From an uncultured Tenacibaculum sp. (GTDB lineage Bacteria > Bacteroidota > Bacteroidia > Flavobacteriales > Flavobacteriaceae): a DNA stretch of 64,000 bases. The translations under genes and the position numbers were made by a program. Each line of letters begins with the position of its first letter. The first letter of the stretch is position 1. Below the pieces are notes generated by a model. It was not told the origin of the DNA. It worked only from the letters and a program-made list of their open reading frames with translations, and searched no databases. Shown here in pieces: positions 8,893-19,803 of the stretch. Where the stretch lies: positions 181-64,180 of the forward strand of contig NZ_CANMLT010000012.1 in the NCBI RefSeq assembly GCF_947498805.1, written 5' to 3'.

Positions 8893-10938
8893 TTACTTTG
8901 CTTCATTCAAGTTTAAATGCTTCATCAATGTATGTAATGAGGAGAGAATCATTAGTTCTGTATCTTCCATTGGTTCTTTTAATTTTTCGAAGCTCTCTTC
9001 TAATTGAGCTTCTTCTTTTTTACTGAGTTTATTTCCTTTCAAACGTTGTATGAACGCTACCGAAAGTGTATTTAAACTTGCATAAAAGGGTTTTAATTTT
9101 TCCAATAGAGGATTTGTTTCTAGCCTTAAAAAAGCTTCATAATTATAATGCCATTTTTCTAATAGGCCTACTAATCTTTCTTTACTCTTTACAGAAGAGG
9201 TTTTTAAAAATTCATTTACAGCCTTATTAAATATCCTTGCATCTGGTGCATCTGTAGTACAAGCATCTGCAAATAGTGTAAATGGAGAAAACGATTTGTA
9301 CTCGGTACCTCCTTTATTACGTGAATATATTTTTAAAGGTTCGTAAATTTTTGTCAATGCTTTTAACGAACTAATTTCTTGTCCTTTTGTAAGATTCCTT
9401 AAAATAGCTTCTTGGTTTTTTAGATGTGTAATACCTAATTCTTCTAATTGCCTACTTATTTTTTGCAATCTCTTATGCATATAATCTACATCTCTAACGT
9501 TTTTTGGCGACCAAAATCTTTCTGCGATTGCAGCTGTTCGTGGCCAAATACGACTATCGATGGTTAATGGAGTCACTAATTCACTCCACATAGTTGCTTC
9601 ACCTCCTAAAATTAAGCGCTCTTCTTTAGCACTTAGTGTTACATCATTTGTTGGTTCAATAAGGTAATGCTCCGCTACGGGTTGCATTCTATCAATATAA
9701 TACCCATTAGAAAGTATGGTTTGATATCCTTTTTTTACCGCTTCAATTAAGGTTCCTTGTTCAAAGCCTTCATGTTCACCTCTCCAAGAATGGATTATGG
9801 CAGTTTTAGGCATGTTAGGAGTCATTATTTCATCCCAACCTACGAGCTTTTTGCCATGCTTTTTTAATATTTTTTCAAGTTTAATATTAAAGTAGGTTTG
9901 TAAATCATGGTTTGTTTTTAATTCATGTTTTTTCTTAAATGCTTGAATCTCTGGATTAGCATCCCAATGTTTACCTTCATTTTCATCTCCTCCAATATGG
10001 AAATATACATCTGGAAATAAAGAGGCTACTTCACCAAATAAATTATCTAGAAATACATATACCTCAGAATTCGTAGGATCTAAAGTAGGATCAAAAACTC
10101 CTGCAAATCTTTCTATTTGATAATCGTACCCTTTTTTACTTCCTAATGCTGGATAGGCTGTTAAAATAGCTGTAGCATGTCCTGGAACATCTATTTCTGG
10201 AATTACACGAATTCCTAATCTATCTGCATAACGAACAACTTCTTTAATTTCCTCTTGGGTATAATATTGTCCGTCTGACCCTAATTCATGTAATTTAGGG
10301 TACACTTTAGACTCTACTCTAAACCCTTGATCATCTGATAAATGCCAATGAAATACATTCATTTTTACAGATGCCATGGCATCTAAATTTCTTTTAAGAA
10401 CAGCTACTGGTTGAAAATGACGTGCAACATCAATCATGAGTCCCCTCCATTTAAATCGAGGAGTATCTTTAATGGAAACACTATAAAAAAAACATTTATA
10501 CCTATTAAATTCAACTAATTGTTGTAATGTTTCCAAGCCATGAAGTGCACCAATGTCAGTTTCAGATTCAATAGTAATTCCCTTAGAATTTACCTCTAAA
10601 GTATATGCTTCTTCAACTTTTAAGTTTAAATCTGCTACTTTTCTAAAACGAACTTTTACCGTTGCTTCTTTATTAGTTTTAACGGGAAACCCTTCTTCTA
10701 TAAACACTCCCGTACTATTTGACAACCGTCTAATGAATTGCGTAGCTGCTCTGTATACTCTTTCACTTTGATTATTTATGGATATGGTGAAATTTTCATC
10801 GATAACAAGTTTCCCTGTACCTGCCTTAATTTCTTTAGGCCAAGGCATTAAATGAAACTTCTCCTTCTCCGTTTCTTGTGAGTACAATGAAAAAACAGTA
10901 CTCAATAGTATTATTATTAAATAAAACTCTTTTCTCAT
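8893..10938 (-). CDS. GH20 beta-N-acetylhexosaminidase
   Basis: Signal peptide. Motifs RGLMIDVARHF, NVFHWHLSDDQGFR and YFHIGGDE (the catalytic D-E pair) are characteristic of GH20. Confidence 0.9.
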   Translation of the reverse strand: MRKEFYLIIILLSTVFSLYSQETEKEKFHLMPWPKEIKAGTGKLVIDENFTISINNQSERVYRAATQFIRRLSNSTGVFIEEGFPVKTNKEATVKVRFRKVADLNLKVEEAYTLEVNSKGITIESETDIGALHGLETLQQLVEFNRYKCFFYSVSIKDTPRFKWRGLMIDVARHFQPVAVLKRNLDAMASVKMNVFHWHLSDDQGFRVESKVYPKLHELGSDGQYYTQEEIKEVVRYADRLGIRVIPEIDVPGHATAILTAYPALGSKKGYDYQIERFAGVFDPTLDPTNSEVYVFLDNLFGEVASLFPDVYFHIGGDENEGKHWDANPEIQAFKKKHELKTNHDLQTYFNIKLEKILKKHGKKLVGWDEIMTPNMPKTAIIHSWRGEHEGFEQGTLIEAVKKGYQTILSNGYYIDRMQPVAEHYLIEPTNDVTLSAKEERLILGGEATMWSELVTPLTIDSRIWPRTAAIAERFWSPKNVRDVDYMHKRLQKISRQLEELGITHLKNQEAILRNLTKGQEISSLKALTKIYEPLKIYSRNKGGTEYKSFSPFTLFADACTTDAPDARIFNKAVNEFLKTSSVKSKERLVGLLEKWHYNYEAFLRLETNPLLEKLKPFYASLNTLSVAFIQRLKGNKLSKKEEAQLEESFEKLKEPMEDTELMILSSLHTLMKHLNLNEAK

Positions 10939-10941
10939 CTA

Positions 10942-12876
10942 TTAAAAATAATATCGTTTAAAAGCTTCAATGGCTGCGTAATCTGCCATACCTAAGCTGT
11001 GGTATTTTTCTGCAGTTAATCGGTTTCTATCTTCTGCTCTCACCCAAAATTCTCTCGCATCATCTCCTCTAAACATTACTTTGTCTTTTTGTGATTGATG
11101 GAAGAAAATTGCATGTCGCTTTTTTATAACTTGATCAGGACTCATAGGTACTGCCATATCTATTTCATGTGGTTCCCATTCAAACCATGCTCCACGATAT
11201 AACCATACCCAACAATCTTTCATGTATGGTTCTTCTTTTAGCGTTTCTAACGATTCAAACAAAGCATCTAAACATACCTTATGTGTACCATGTGGGTCAG
11301 CTAAATCTCCTGCTGCATAAATTTGATGTGGTTGAATTTTTGTGATTAAATCACTCATTATCTTAATATCTTCTTCTGATAGGTTCTTTTTCTTTACCGT
11401 ACCTGTTTCATAGAACGGAAGGTTTAAAAAGTGAACATTCACATCTGGCAATCCTAAATATCTAGTTGCAGCTAATGATTCTGCTTTTCGTATGGCTCCT
11501 TTTAGCAATCGTACTTCTAAAGAGTCGATACTATTGTTCTTTTTTGTTTGAATCTTATTCACCATGTCACTTATAGCTGAAGAATTTGGCATTAATCCTC
11601 CTGCTACTTCAATAAACTTTAGCGCATCTTCATCGGTTACCGCTATGTTTCCAGAGGTTTGATAAGCGATATGAACTTCATGACCTTGTTCTACCAATCG
11701 ATCAAACGTTCCTCCCATAGAGATAACATCATCATCGGGATGCGGACTAAATATGATGACACGTTTTTTAGATGGATTTGCTCTTTCTGGACGATTACTA
11801 TCATCTGCTACTGGTTTTCCACCTGGCCAACCTGTAATAGTGTGTTGTAGTTTATTAAAGATTTTTATGTTCAAATCATACGCGCTTCCTTCCTCTGCTA
11901 ATAACCCAGACATTCCGTGCTCGTTATAATCTTTATCAGTAAGCTTTAAGATTGATTTTTGTAGTTTTTCACTCAACCAAAAAACGGCCTTCTTTTTAAG
12001 TTCATCTTTCCAAACACAAGAAGATACCAGCCAAGGTGTTTTGATTCTTGTTAATTCTGATGAAGCCTCTATATCTAAAATAAAGGTGGCGTTTTTATGA
12101 TTTTGTAAATAGGTAGCCGGTACCTGAGCACTGATGTTTCCTTCAATGGTTTCTTTTATAATTTGGGCTTTGTTCACTCCCCAAGCTAAAAGCACCACTC
12201 GTCTTGCTTTTTTAATGGTATTTACTCCCATTGTTATAGCACGTTTAGGAACATTATCTATTCCTAAAAAACTAGAAGCTGCATCTACTCTTGTAATATG
12301 GTTTAAGGTAATACTTCTTGTTCCTGAATTTTGGTGAGACCCTGGTTCATTAAATCCAATGTGTCCAGTTCTTCCTATTCCAAGTAATTGGAAATCTAAC
12401 CCACCAGCTTCTTTAATCTTTAGTTCATAATCGATACAATATTGATATATTTCTTCTGTTGAAATTGTACCGTCTGGTATATGGATATTCTCAGGTAAAA
12501 TATCTACATGGTTAAACAAATGATCATGCATGAAGTGATGATAACTTTGCATATCATTTGGTTGTATTGGTAAATATTCATCTAAGTTAAATGTTATCAC
12601 ATTGGTAAAACTCAAGCCTTCTTCTCTATGCAAACGAACTAACTCCTCATATACTTTGATTGGAGAAGACCCCGTAGCCAATCCTAAAATGCACATTTTA
12701 CCTTCTTCAGCTTTCTGCTTGATTAAATCTGCAATCTCTTTTGCTACCACTTTAGATGCCTCTAAAGAGTTATTGAAAATAATATTATGGATTTTTTCAA
12801 ATCGGGTTTCTTCAAACTGTCCTGCAGGCTTGTAAACTATTTCTTGTGGGTTATACATATGTATATCTCTGACCAT
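10942..12876 (-). CDS. nagB: glucosamine-6-phosphate deaminase (NagB) fused to a C-terminal PIG-L/LmbE-like deacetylase domain
   Basis: The N-terminal half has GLATGSSP, NLDEY and GIGRTGHIGFNEPGS (NagB motifs). The C-terminal half has VIIFSPHPDDDVISMGG (PIG-L/LmbE metal-site motif). Confidence 0.85.
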   Translation of the reverse strand: MVRDIHMYNPQEIVYKPAGQFEETRFEKIHNIIFNNSLEASKVVAKEIADLIKQKAEEGKMCILGLATGSSPIKVYEELVRLHREEGLSFTNVITFNLDEYLPIQPNDMQSYHHFMHDHLFNHVDILPENIHIPDGTISTEEIYQYCIDYELKIKEAGGLDFQLLGIGRTGHIGFNEPGSHQNSGTRSITLNHITRVDAASSFLGIDNVPKRAITMGVNTIKKARRVVLLAWGVNKAQIIKETIEGNISAQVPATYLQNHKNATFILDIEASSELTRIKTPWLVSSCVWKDELKKKAVFWLSEKLQKSILKLTDKDYNEHGMSGLLAEEGSAYDLNIKIFNKLQHTITGWPGGKPVADDSNRPERANPSKKRVIIFSPHPDDDVISMGGTFDRLVEQGHEVHIAYQTSGNIAVTDEDALKFIEVAGGLMPNSSAISDMVNKIQTKKNNSIDSLEVRLLKGAIRKAESLAATRYLGLPDVNVHFLNLPFYETGTVKKKNLSEEDIKIMSDLITKIQPHQIYAAGDLADPHGTHKVCLDALFESLETLKEEPYMKDCWVWLYRGAWFEWEPHEIDMAVPMSPDQVIKKRHAIFFHQSQKDKVMFRGDDAREFWVRAEDRNRLTAEKYHSLGMADYAAIEAFKRYYF

Positions 12877-13025
12877 TACTTTAATTTTTTAATAAAATTA
12901 TCTCTAGAAATATTAGCTAACTAATTTTTTCGACTAACCACTTTAAAAGGGGCATTAAAAACAAACGAGAGTGCATCTATATATGCCTTCATACACTCCC
13001 GATTGTTCAAACAAAGTTTATTTTA

Positions 13026-14618
13026 TTAAAAGTTACTTCCTCCAGTATCCCACCAAAGTCTAGTTCCTCCATTATCTGGTCCGCTCAAAAAGCCTACTGC
13101 TTGTTGTACGTTTGCTGCATTCGTGTTCTTCTCACTGTCAACAAAATTTATACGACGAATTTGAATGTTGGTATCAATATCACCTCCACTGTTATTTACA
13201 ACTACAGGGAAAATTCTTGGATACCCAGTTCTTCTAAACTCACTCCAAGCTTCTTGTCCATCAGGGAACATTGCAATCCACTTTTGAGTTATAATTTGCT
13301 CTAACTGCTCTTCATTGGTTCCTGCTGCATTGTAAGCGATTTTTACATCACTTGCATAAGCCACATTATTTACGGCGTTAATTGCATCTACAAAATCGTT
13401 TGGTGTACTTGTGTTATCTGCTAAATAGGTATCTGCTCCAGCAACTCCATGCTGTGTAAAAGAAGCTTTTACTCCTGATTCATAATTATCTTGAGCACTT
13501 CCAGCACCAGCCCAACCTCTCAATGCTGCTTCAGCTTTTAAGAAATAAGCTTCAGCAACGGTAAACCATACTTTTCTTTCTGCAGTCATTACCACGTCTC
13601 CAATCAAAGAATGACTTGCGTATTGTGACTTTGCAGTAATATCAATTCCCATACGCACTCCTTTATAGTCACCTAAACTAGCGTCTGCAGGTGCATTAAA
13701 ATACTTTGCTATTCTACCATCATCAAATCCTTTTAAGATAGCTTCCATTTCTGCACTCATACATACGTCATTCCAAGTACCACTTATAGTTGCTATTGGA
13801 TGTACGAAACCTCCCATGTCCACTGTTACATCAGTTGATAAAAAGCCTGCATCACTGCTCAACGCTTTTTCTCCTTCTGTTTTAGCCAAAGCTGCATCTA
13901 CTTTTGATACTCTTATTGCTAATCGTAAACGTAAGGTATTTGCAAAGGCTCTCCATGCAGCAATATCTCCTTGTAAGTTCGATAAATCCATTGAAACAAA
14001 CTGCGTATTTCCTTCATACTGCTTTAATCCAGCTATTGCCTCATCTAACTCTGCAAAGAAGGTTTTGTAAGCAGTTTCTTGAGAGTCGTATTCACCTGTA
14101 GTTTCATAGTTGTCATACTTTGAATAACGAATTGGTCCGAATACATCAGATACTCTGTGCATTCCCATTACTTTAATAATGTTTGCTAAAAAAACAAACT
14201 TCTCTCCTCCATCAATATCACTTAAACCTATTTGTTCTTTTACACCTCTTGCATGAGGTATTACACCATTACCTTGATCTCCATTATAAGCATCACTCCA
14301 TATAAAACCATTCCATCCATTAACAAGACTATAGGTTTGGTTGTTTATATTCCCAGCAAAAGGTGTTGGCGCCGTCATATAACCTGAAAACACATCTGAA
14401 TTCAAACCATGTTGTAACTGATAGTTCCAAGCTGGGTTAACTCTTATAATGTTCGAAAACATCGGAGAAAACTTAGTTCTTATATGATTGAATTGCTGCG
14501 ATATACTCTCTTGAGATATACCATTAGGATTGGTGTTTATGTCTTTAAAATCTTCCGTGCATGCACTAACAATAATCAAAATTATTAGGGCATATATATA
14601 TTTTATTTGCTGTTTCAT
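13026..14618 (-). CDS. SusD/RagB-family nutrient-binding outer-membrane lipoprotein
   Basis: Lipobox (LIIVSAC). Lies immediately downstream of a SusC-like gene (5-nt gap). Helical, TPR-like composition. The family call is by context and general resemblance. Confidence 0.8.
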   Translation of the reverse strand: MKQQIKYIYALIILIIVSACTEDFKDINTNPNGISQESISQQFNHIRTKFSPMFSNIIRVNPAWNYQLQHGLNSDVFSGYMTAPTPFAGNINNQTYSLVNGWNGFIWSDAYNGDQGNGVIPHARGVKEQIGLSDIDGGEKFVFLANIIKVMGMHRVSDVFGPIRYSKYDNYETTGEYDSQETAYKTFFAELDEAIAGLKQYEGNTQFVSMDLSNLQGDIAAWRAFANTLRLRLAIRVSKVDAALAKTEGEKALSSDAGFLSTDVTVDMGGFVHPIATISGTWNDVCMSAEMEAILKGFDDGRIAKYFNAPADASLGDYKGVRMGIDITAKSQYASHSLIGDVVMTAERKVWFTVAEAYFLKAEAALRGWAGAGSAQDNYESGVKASFTQHGVAGADTYLADNTSTPNDFVDAINAVNNVAYASDVKIAYNAAGTNEEQLEQIITQKWIAMFPDGQEAWSEFRRTGYPRIFPVVVNNSGGDIDTNIQIRRINFVDSEKNTNAANVQQAVGFLSGPDNGGTRLWWDTGGSNF

Positions 14619-14623
14619 TTTGT

Positions 14624-17600
14624 TTAAAAGTTAATGTTTACATTAAATCCTATACTTCTAGTAGAAGGTTGATTGTAGATATCAACTCCTTGTAATCCTA
14701 ATCCAGTACTTGCTGCAATATTAGGATCGAATGGAGCTTCTTTATATATGAAAAACAAATTGTTTGCTATCAATGATAACTTAATGCTTTCAAATAAGTT
14801 CGACTTTACAGGTAATTTATATCCTATGGCAACCTCTCGTAAACTAACATTGGTTGCATCGTATACATATTCTCCTAGTACTCCTGCTCTTCCTCCTATT
14901 TTATTGTAATAAGCTTGCGCTGTTATTTGCGATGGAGTACCACTTTCGTCTACAACATTAATCATTCCTCCATTTCTATTTCTTGCATCGGCAGTAGCTT
15001 GTGACACTCCATATTGATCGTTTACGGCTTCTGTTACACTTACTACGTCTCCTCCAAACTTACCATCGATTAAAAAGCTAAAACTAAAATCTTTGTAATT
15101 GAAGGTGTTGTTCCATCCTAAAGTAAAATCTGGTTGTGCATGTGCAACTGTAGTAAAATCATCATTCACTAACAAGTCTCCTGAAGAATTTACAACTGGA
15201 GTTCCGTTAGCATCTCTTACCAAAGTTTTTGCTCGAATACTTCCAAAATCTTCTCCTTCTACTAAAGAATATCTATATCCGTTAACTCCTTCAGCAGTAA
15301 TTACCGCTTCTCCATTATTTAAACCAGGATGTACCGAAACCACTTTGTTTTCATTTTGTGCAAAGTTGATTGCTGAATCCCATGTAAAATCATCTGTTCT
15401 AATTGGTTTTACATTCAACATTAACTCGATTCCTTTATTGGTAATTTCTCCAGCATTTACAATATTTTGTGGAAAACCATTAATATTTGGAAGTGCTTGT
15501 ATAAAGAAGATTTGGTTTAATGTTTTAGTACTATAGTAGGTAAATTCTAACCCTACTCTATTGTCAAACATTCTTAATTCTGTACCAATTTCGAATGATT
15601 TTTGTTTTTCCGGCTCTAAAGTTTCTAATGGAGCAAATGAAGCTTGACTAATGTTAGGGTCTGTACTGTTTATTGTACTTAATGGTACTGTTGCATAAGC
15701 TGGAATATCTTTCCCTACTTCTGCATAAGACGCTCTAATTTTAGCAAAACTAATTGCCTCAGGTAACTCAAACATTTCAGATAACACCCCTGTTAAACCA
15801 ACAGATGGATAAAAGAATGATTTTGAATTTGTATTTACTAACGTAGAAGACCAGTCTGTTCTACCTGTAATTTCTAAGTACAACATTTTTTTGTAGCCTA
15901 AGTTTAATGATCCAAAAATTGATTGTACTTCTCTATTAGTTACCGATTGACTGATATTATTTGTTGTTTGAAAGTTAGCAATAGTAAAAACATTTGGAAA
16001 GTTTAATCCGTTTCCATCTCTTCCTGAGTCTAATAAAATTTGATCTCCAATTGAAAACTTCGTCAAACTTGTTCCTAACAACCCGGTAAAAGAAAAATCT
16101 TCAGAAAGGTCTTTAGAATAGTTTGCGATTAAATCAATATACTGTTGTGTATTTTCTGTCTTCTCTAAAATATATCTTCCATTATTTCCAGAGTTTACAG
16201 GATCTGTTCCTGCATATTGTCTTTTATCAAACTTAAAAAATGACTTGTCGTAGCTTAATCTTGATTGTAATGAGAAATTATCGGTTACTTGATATTTTAC
16301 AGATAAGTTTGCCAATACTCTTTGCGCTACATCTTGACTCGGATTTCTATAGATTAACCAATATGGATTTTGCTGAATATTTTCATCAAAAGAAGATGCA
16401 TATTGATCCATCATGTTTAAAGATGCATTGAAATATTCAAATTGATTTTTATAAATATTTCTATCTATCCCAACCGGATTTAAGTAAACACCTGTTAATG
16501 GATTTGAATACAATCCATTGGTTGGTCTATTGGTTATTCTTTGATCAGATAAATTAATACTTGCTGAAACATCTATTTTATCCTTAAAGAATTTAGAAGT
16601 CCCTCTTAAAGTAACATTGTTTCTAATTAATTTATTTTCTGGAATCACTCCACCTCCTAAAGTATTTGCAAAAGAGAAATAGGTTTGAGATTTTGCGTTT
16701 CCTGCTGTTAAGTTAATCGAATTAATTGCCGTATATCCTGTATTAAAAAAGTCTTCAGCATCATTTCTTAATCCAGAAGCTTTAGCTCCCCAAGATTTAG
16801 GATCTGTAACCCTACCATTTTCAGTAAGTGGATTTCCTACAGAAGCAGATTGATAATCTGATTGTAATTTTGGTAATGAGATTACATTTTCAATGGTAAA
16901 ACTTGAAGACATGTTCACAGAAAGCTTTCCTTCTTTTCCTTTTTTGGTAGTGATTAAAATAACTCCATTCGCACCTTGACTTCCATATAACGCCGATGCT
17001 GATGCTCCTTTTAATACTGTTAAAGATTCAATATCATCTGGATTAATCAACGACATGATATCTCCTCCATCTCTGTTTCCTGTTTGACTTCCAAAAATAT
17101 CTGTTCCTGGCTCCGAACCATTAGAACCGTTTCCATTATTAGACATCGGAATTCCATCTACCACATATAACGGATCGTTATTACTCGTAGAAGAATTACC
17201 CCTTAGTACTACTTTTGCAGCACCTCCAAGTCCAGAAGAACTTCTCGTAATGGTAACTCCCGCCGATTTACCAGACAAACTGTTAATCGGGTTTGTTTGT
17301 TTAACCTTCGTAAGTTCATCTCCATTTACTTCTTGTGCCGAATAGGTTAAGGCTTTTTTCTCTTTCTTAATACCTAAAGCGGTTACTACCACTTCATCTA
17401 AAAGATCTCCTTCTTCTAATCGGACATTGATTGTATTTTGATTTCCTACAGTAACCTCTTTGCTTGTCATTCCAACAAAAGAAAACACTAAAACATCTCC
17501 TGAAGAAGCGTTTATCGTATACTTTCCATCAAAATCAGTTTCTGTTCCTTTAGTCGCTCCTTTAATTATAATGTTAACTCCTGGTAAAGGATCTCCATTT

Positions 17601-17704
17601 GTGGCTGATGTTACCACCCCGACTACTCTCTTTTCTTGTCCCATAGATACTCCTATAAGAAGTATACAAAAACAGAAAAATAGTAGAATTTTATTTTTTT
17701 TCAT
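14624..17704 (-). CDS. SusC-like TonB-dependent outer-membrane transporter
   Basis: N-terminal carboxypeptidase-regulatory-like domain (VVGVVTSATNGDPLPGVNIIIKGATKGTETDFDGKYTI). Plug motifs (TALGI, SLTVLKGASASALYGSQGANGVILITTKKG). C-terminal barrel ending in F. Confidence 0.9.
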   Translation of the reverse strand: MKKNKILLFFCFCILLIGVSMGQEKRVVGVVTSATNGDPLPGVNIIIKGATKGTETDFDGKYTINASSGDVLVFSFVGMTSKEVTVGNQNTINVRLEEGDLLDEVVVTALGIKKEKKALTYSAQEVNGDELTKVKQTNPINSLSGKSAGVTITRSSSGLGGAAKVVLRGNSSTSNNDPLYVVDGIPMSNNGNGSNGSEPGTDIFGSQTGNRDGGDIMSLINPDDIESLTVLKGASASALYGSQGANGVILITTKKGKEGKLSVNMSSSFTIENVISLPKLQSDYQSASVGNPLTENGRVTDPKSWGAKASGLRNDAEDFFNTGYTAINSINLTAGNAKSQTYFSFANTLGGGVIPENKLIRNNVTLRGTSKFFKDKIDVSASINLSDQRITNRPTNGLYSNPLTGVYLNPVGIDRNIYKNQFEYFNASLNMMDQYASSFDENIQQNPYWLIYRNPSQDVAQRVLANLSVKYQVTDNFSLQSRLSYDKSFFKFDKRQYAGTDPVNSGNNGRYILEKTENTQQYIDLIANYSKDLSEDFSFTGLLGTSLTKFSIGDQILLDSGRDGNGLNFPNVFTIANFQTTNNISQSVTNREVQSIFGSLNLGYKKMLYLEITGRTDWSSTLVNTNSKSFFYPSVGLTGVLSEMFELPEAISFAKIRASYAEVGKDIPAYATVPLSTINSTDPNISQASFAPLETLEPEKQKSFEIGTELRMFDNRVGLEFTYYSTKTLNQIFFIQALPNINGFPQNIVNAGEITNKGIELMLNVKPIRTDDFTWDSAINFAQNENKVVSVHPGLNNGEAVITAEGVNGYRYSLVEGEDFGSIRAKTLVRDANGTPVVNSSGDLLVNDDFTTVAHAQPDFTLGWNNTFNYKDFSFSFLIDGKFGGDVVSVTEAVNDQYGVSQATADARNRNGGMINVVDESGTPSQITAQAYYNKIGGRAGVLGEYVYDATNVSLREVAIGYKLPVKSNLFESIKLSLIANNLFFIYKEAPFDPNIAASTGLGLQGVDIYNQPSTRSIGFNVNINF

Positions 17705-17911
17705 TTTAAGTAAAAATTAGAATATAGTTAGGTTAAATGTAGAAACAGAATAAACTTTTAAAAAAATATTATCTACTAACAACGTCAAATTGGGAACGAA
17801 CAACACTCCTGCGTAGATAATTGAAAAAACGACTGTTATATTAATAAAAATCAAGTTTATTTTTTCATACTAATATATTAAATTGCTGTGTTTTTTATCA
17901 AATTAATATTG

Positions 17912-18991
17912 ATGGTCAGCTTTAAATTATACGACAATAACACTTCTATTAGAACGATTTCTAGAAAGTATCACATTCTTTTCTGGATTAGCTATTTTGG
18001 CTTTAACGTGATACGGTGGGGAAGTTATTTTGACGATTATTGGTATTCTCTAAAATCCAATTTGGTGGAATTTCCACTACATATTGTTTTGGTATACCTC
18101 AACTTGTATTTTTTCATTCCAAAGTTTTTACTAGCCAAAAAGTACAAACGTTATATTTCTTTAGTATTTGTTTCTTTAAGTCTTTTATACATTGTTAGAA
18201 CACTTCTTAATTATGTACTGGTTACCGAAAACATTTGGCCAGAAGCAGAAGGCTATCAAGAAGCCTTTACATTTAATCATATTGTGGCAGTAACTCTTGG
18301 AGAGTTATACGTTTTAGCCTTGGCTACAGCCATAAAACTCACTGTAGATTGGGTAAGTCAACGCAATAGAATAGAGAACTTAAAGAAAGAACATTTAAAA
18401 AGTGAACTTAACTTTTTAAAAACTCAAATACAACCACACTTCTTCTTTAATACTTTAAATAATCTATATGCATTGACCTTGGAAAAATCCGACTTGGCAC
18501 CATCTGTTGTATTAAAGCTTTCTGATATTATGCAATATGTTATTTACGATATCAAAGCACCTAAAGTAAGTTTGTTAAAAGAAATAGAATACATTCAAAA
18601 TTATATAGAGCTCGAATTATTACGTTGTAATAAAAATGCAAATATTGATTTAAAAATACATGGAGATATTGGCCAAGCAAACGTACCTCCGCTGTTGTTT
18701 TTACCTTATATAGAGAACTGTTTTAAACATGGAAATAAAAACAGTGACGATTTTTATATCTATATTAGTTTCAAAATCAATGCTGAAAACAATTTAGTTT
18801 TCAGTCTAAAAAACAGTTTTACACCCTCTTTTGATAATGATCGGAAAAAAGGAATTGGGAATGCAAATACAAAAAGAAGATTAGATTTAATTTTTAAGGA
18901 TAATTACCAACTTGATATTTCGAAAGAAGAGAATATTTTTTCCGTTAACTTAAACATTCCATTAACTAAAAAAGAATACAATGAAAATTAA
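17912..18991 (+). CDS. LytS-type sensor histidine kinase (membrane, His_kinase/PF06580-like)
   Basis: Multi-TM N-terminus followed by LNFLKTQIQPHFFFNTLNNLYAL. I prefer the ATG at 17912 over the GTG at 17888 given in the ORF track. Confidence 0.8.
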   Translation: MVSFKLYDNNTSIRTISRKYHILFWISYFGFNVIRWGSYFDDYWYSLKSNLVEFPLHIVLVYLNLYFFIPKFLLAKKYKRYISLVFVSLSLLYIVRTLLNYVLVTENIWPEAEGYQEAFTFNHIVAVTLGELYVLALATAIKLTVDWVSQRNRIENLKKEHLKSELNFLKTQIQPHFFFNTLNNLYALTLEKSDLAPSVVLKLSDIMQYVIYDIKAPKVSLLKEIEYIQNYIELELLRCNKNANIDLKIHGDIGQANVPPLLFLPYIENCFKHGNKNSDDFYIYISFKINAENNLVFSLKNSFTPSFDNDRKKGIGNANTKRRLDLIFKDNYQLDISKEENIFSVNLNIPLTKKEYNEN

Positions 18992-19688
18992 TTGTATTAT
19001 AATCGATGATGAACCTTTAGCTATTAAGGTTATTGAAAATCACTTAACCGAGTTTAAAAACATAGAGGTTGTGGGTAAATTCAATGACCCAATGAGCGCA
19101 CTACCTACTATTGAAGAACACCAGATTGATGTTGTTTTTCTTGATATTAATATGCCTAAAATAAATGGTTTAGATTTTCTTAAAAACGTAAGTATAAAGC
19201 CCTACATTATTATTACTACTGCTTATCGTGAGTATGCAGTGGATAGTTATGATTTAGACGTACTTGACTATTTAGTAAAACCCATCCCATTTTCTAGGTT
19301 TATAAAGTCTATCAACAAACTCACCCAACAACTCTACTTAACGCAAAATTTAGATCCTACACCTAATCAAGCAGATTCATATATCTTTTTAAAAGTAGAT
19401 AAGAAGTTGGTAAAGATTAAGTATAAAGACATCTTATTTATAGAAAGTTTGAAAGATTATATTCGAATTCAAACCAGTGGTGATAAATATATTGTTCATA
19501 AATCGCTTACGAGTATTACCGAAGAATTACCTAGTGAAAAATTTCTTCGTATACATAGATCCTATACAATTGCGGTAGATAAAATTGATTCTATCGAAGG
19601 AAATTTAATTGAAATTGGAGCGAAGCGAATTCCCATAGGGAGAAAATATATCAACCTTACTAAACAGATAATTCTAAATAGAGAATAA
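18981..19688 (+). CDS. LytTR-family response regulator
   Basis: Receiver domain (IIIDDEPLA, FLDINMP) plus a C-terminal LytTR DNA-binding region (FLRIHRSYTIAVDKI). Overlaps the kinase gene by 11 nt. Confidence 0.9.
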   Translation: MKINCIIIDDEPLAIKVIENHLTEFKNIEVVGKFNDPMSALPTIEEHQIDVVFLDINMPKINGLDFLKNVSIKPYIIITTAYREYAVDSYDLDVLDYLVKPIPFSRFIKSINKLTQQLYLTQNLDPTPNQADSYIFLKVDKKLVKIKYKDILFIESLKDYIRIQTSGDKYIVHKSLTSITEELPSEKFLRIHRSYTIAVDKIDSIEGNLIEIGAKRIPIGRKYINLTKQIILNRE

Positions 19689-19803
19689 AATAGCCTTGTA
19701 TGTAAAATTGGTCTGTTTAGCGCATTTTTTGTGTTACAGGTAGAAAAAATTTAACCATGGCTTAATTAATTGTTTACTTCATTTTTCATTGTAATAAAGA
19801 AAG

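Noticed and set aside
15099-15536. 145-aa plus-strand ORF, plus other antisense ORFs inside susC, susD, nagB, GH20, ccoNO, hemN, ccoI and glnN
   Set aside because: All are embedded antisense in genes with strong family signatures. None has signal or motif support.
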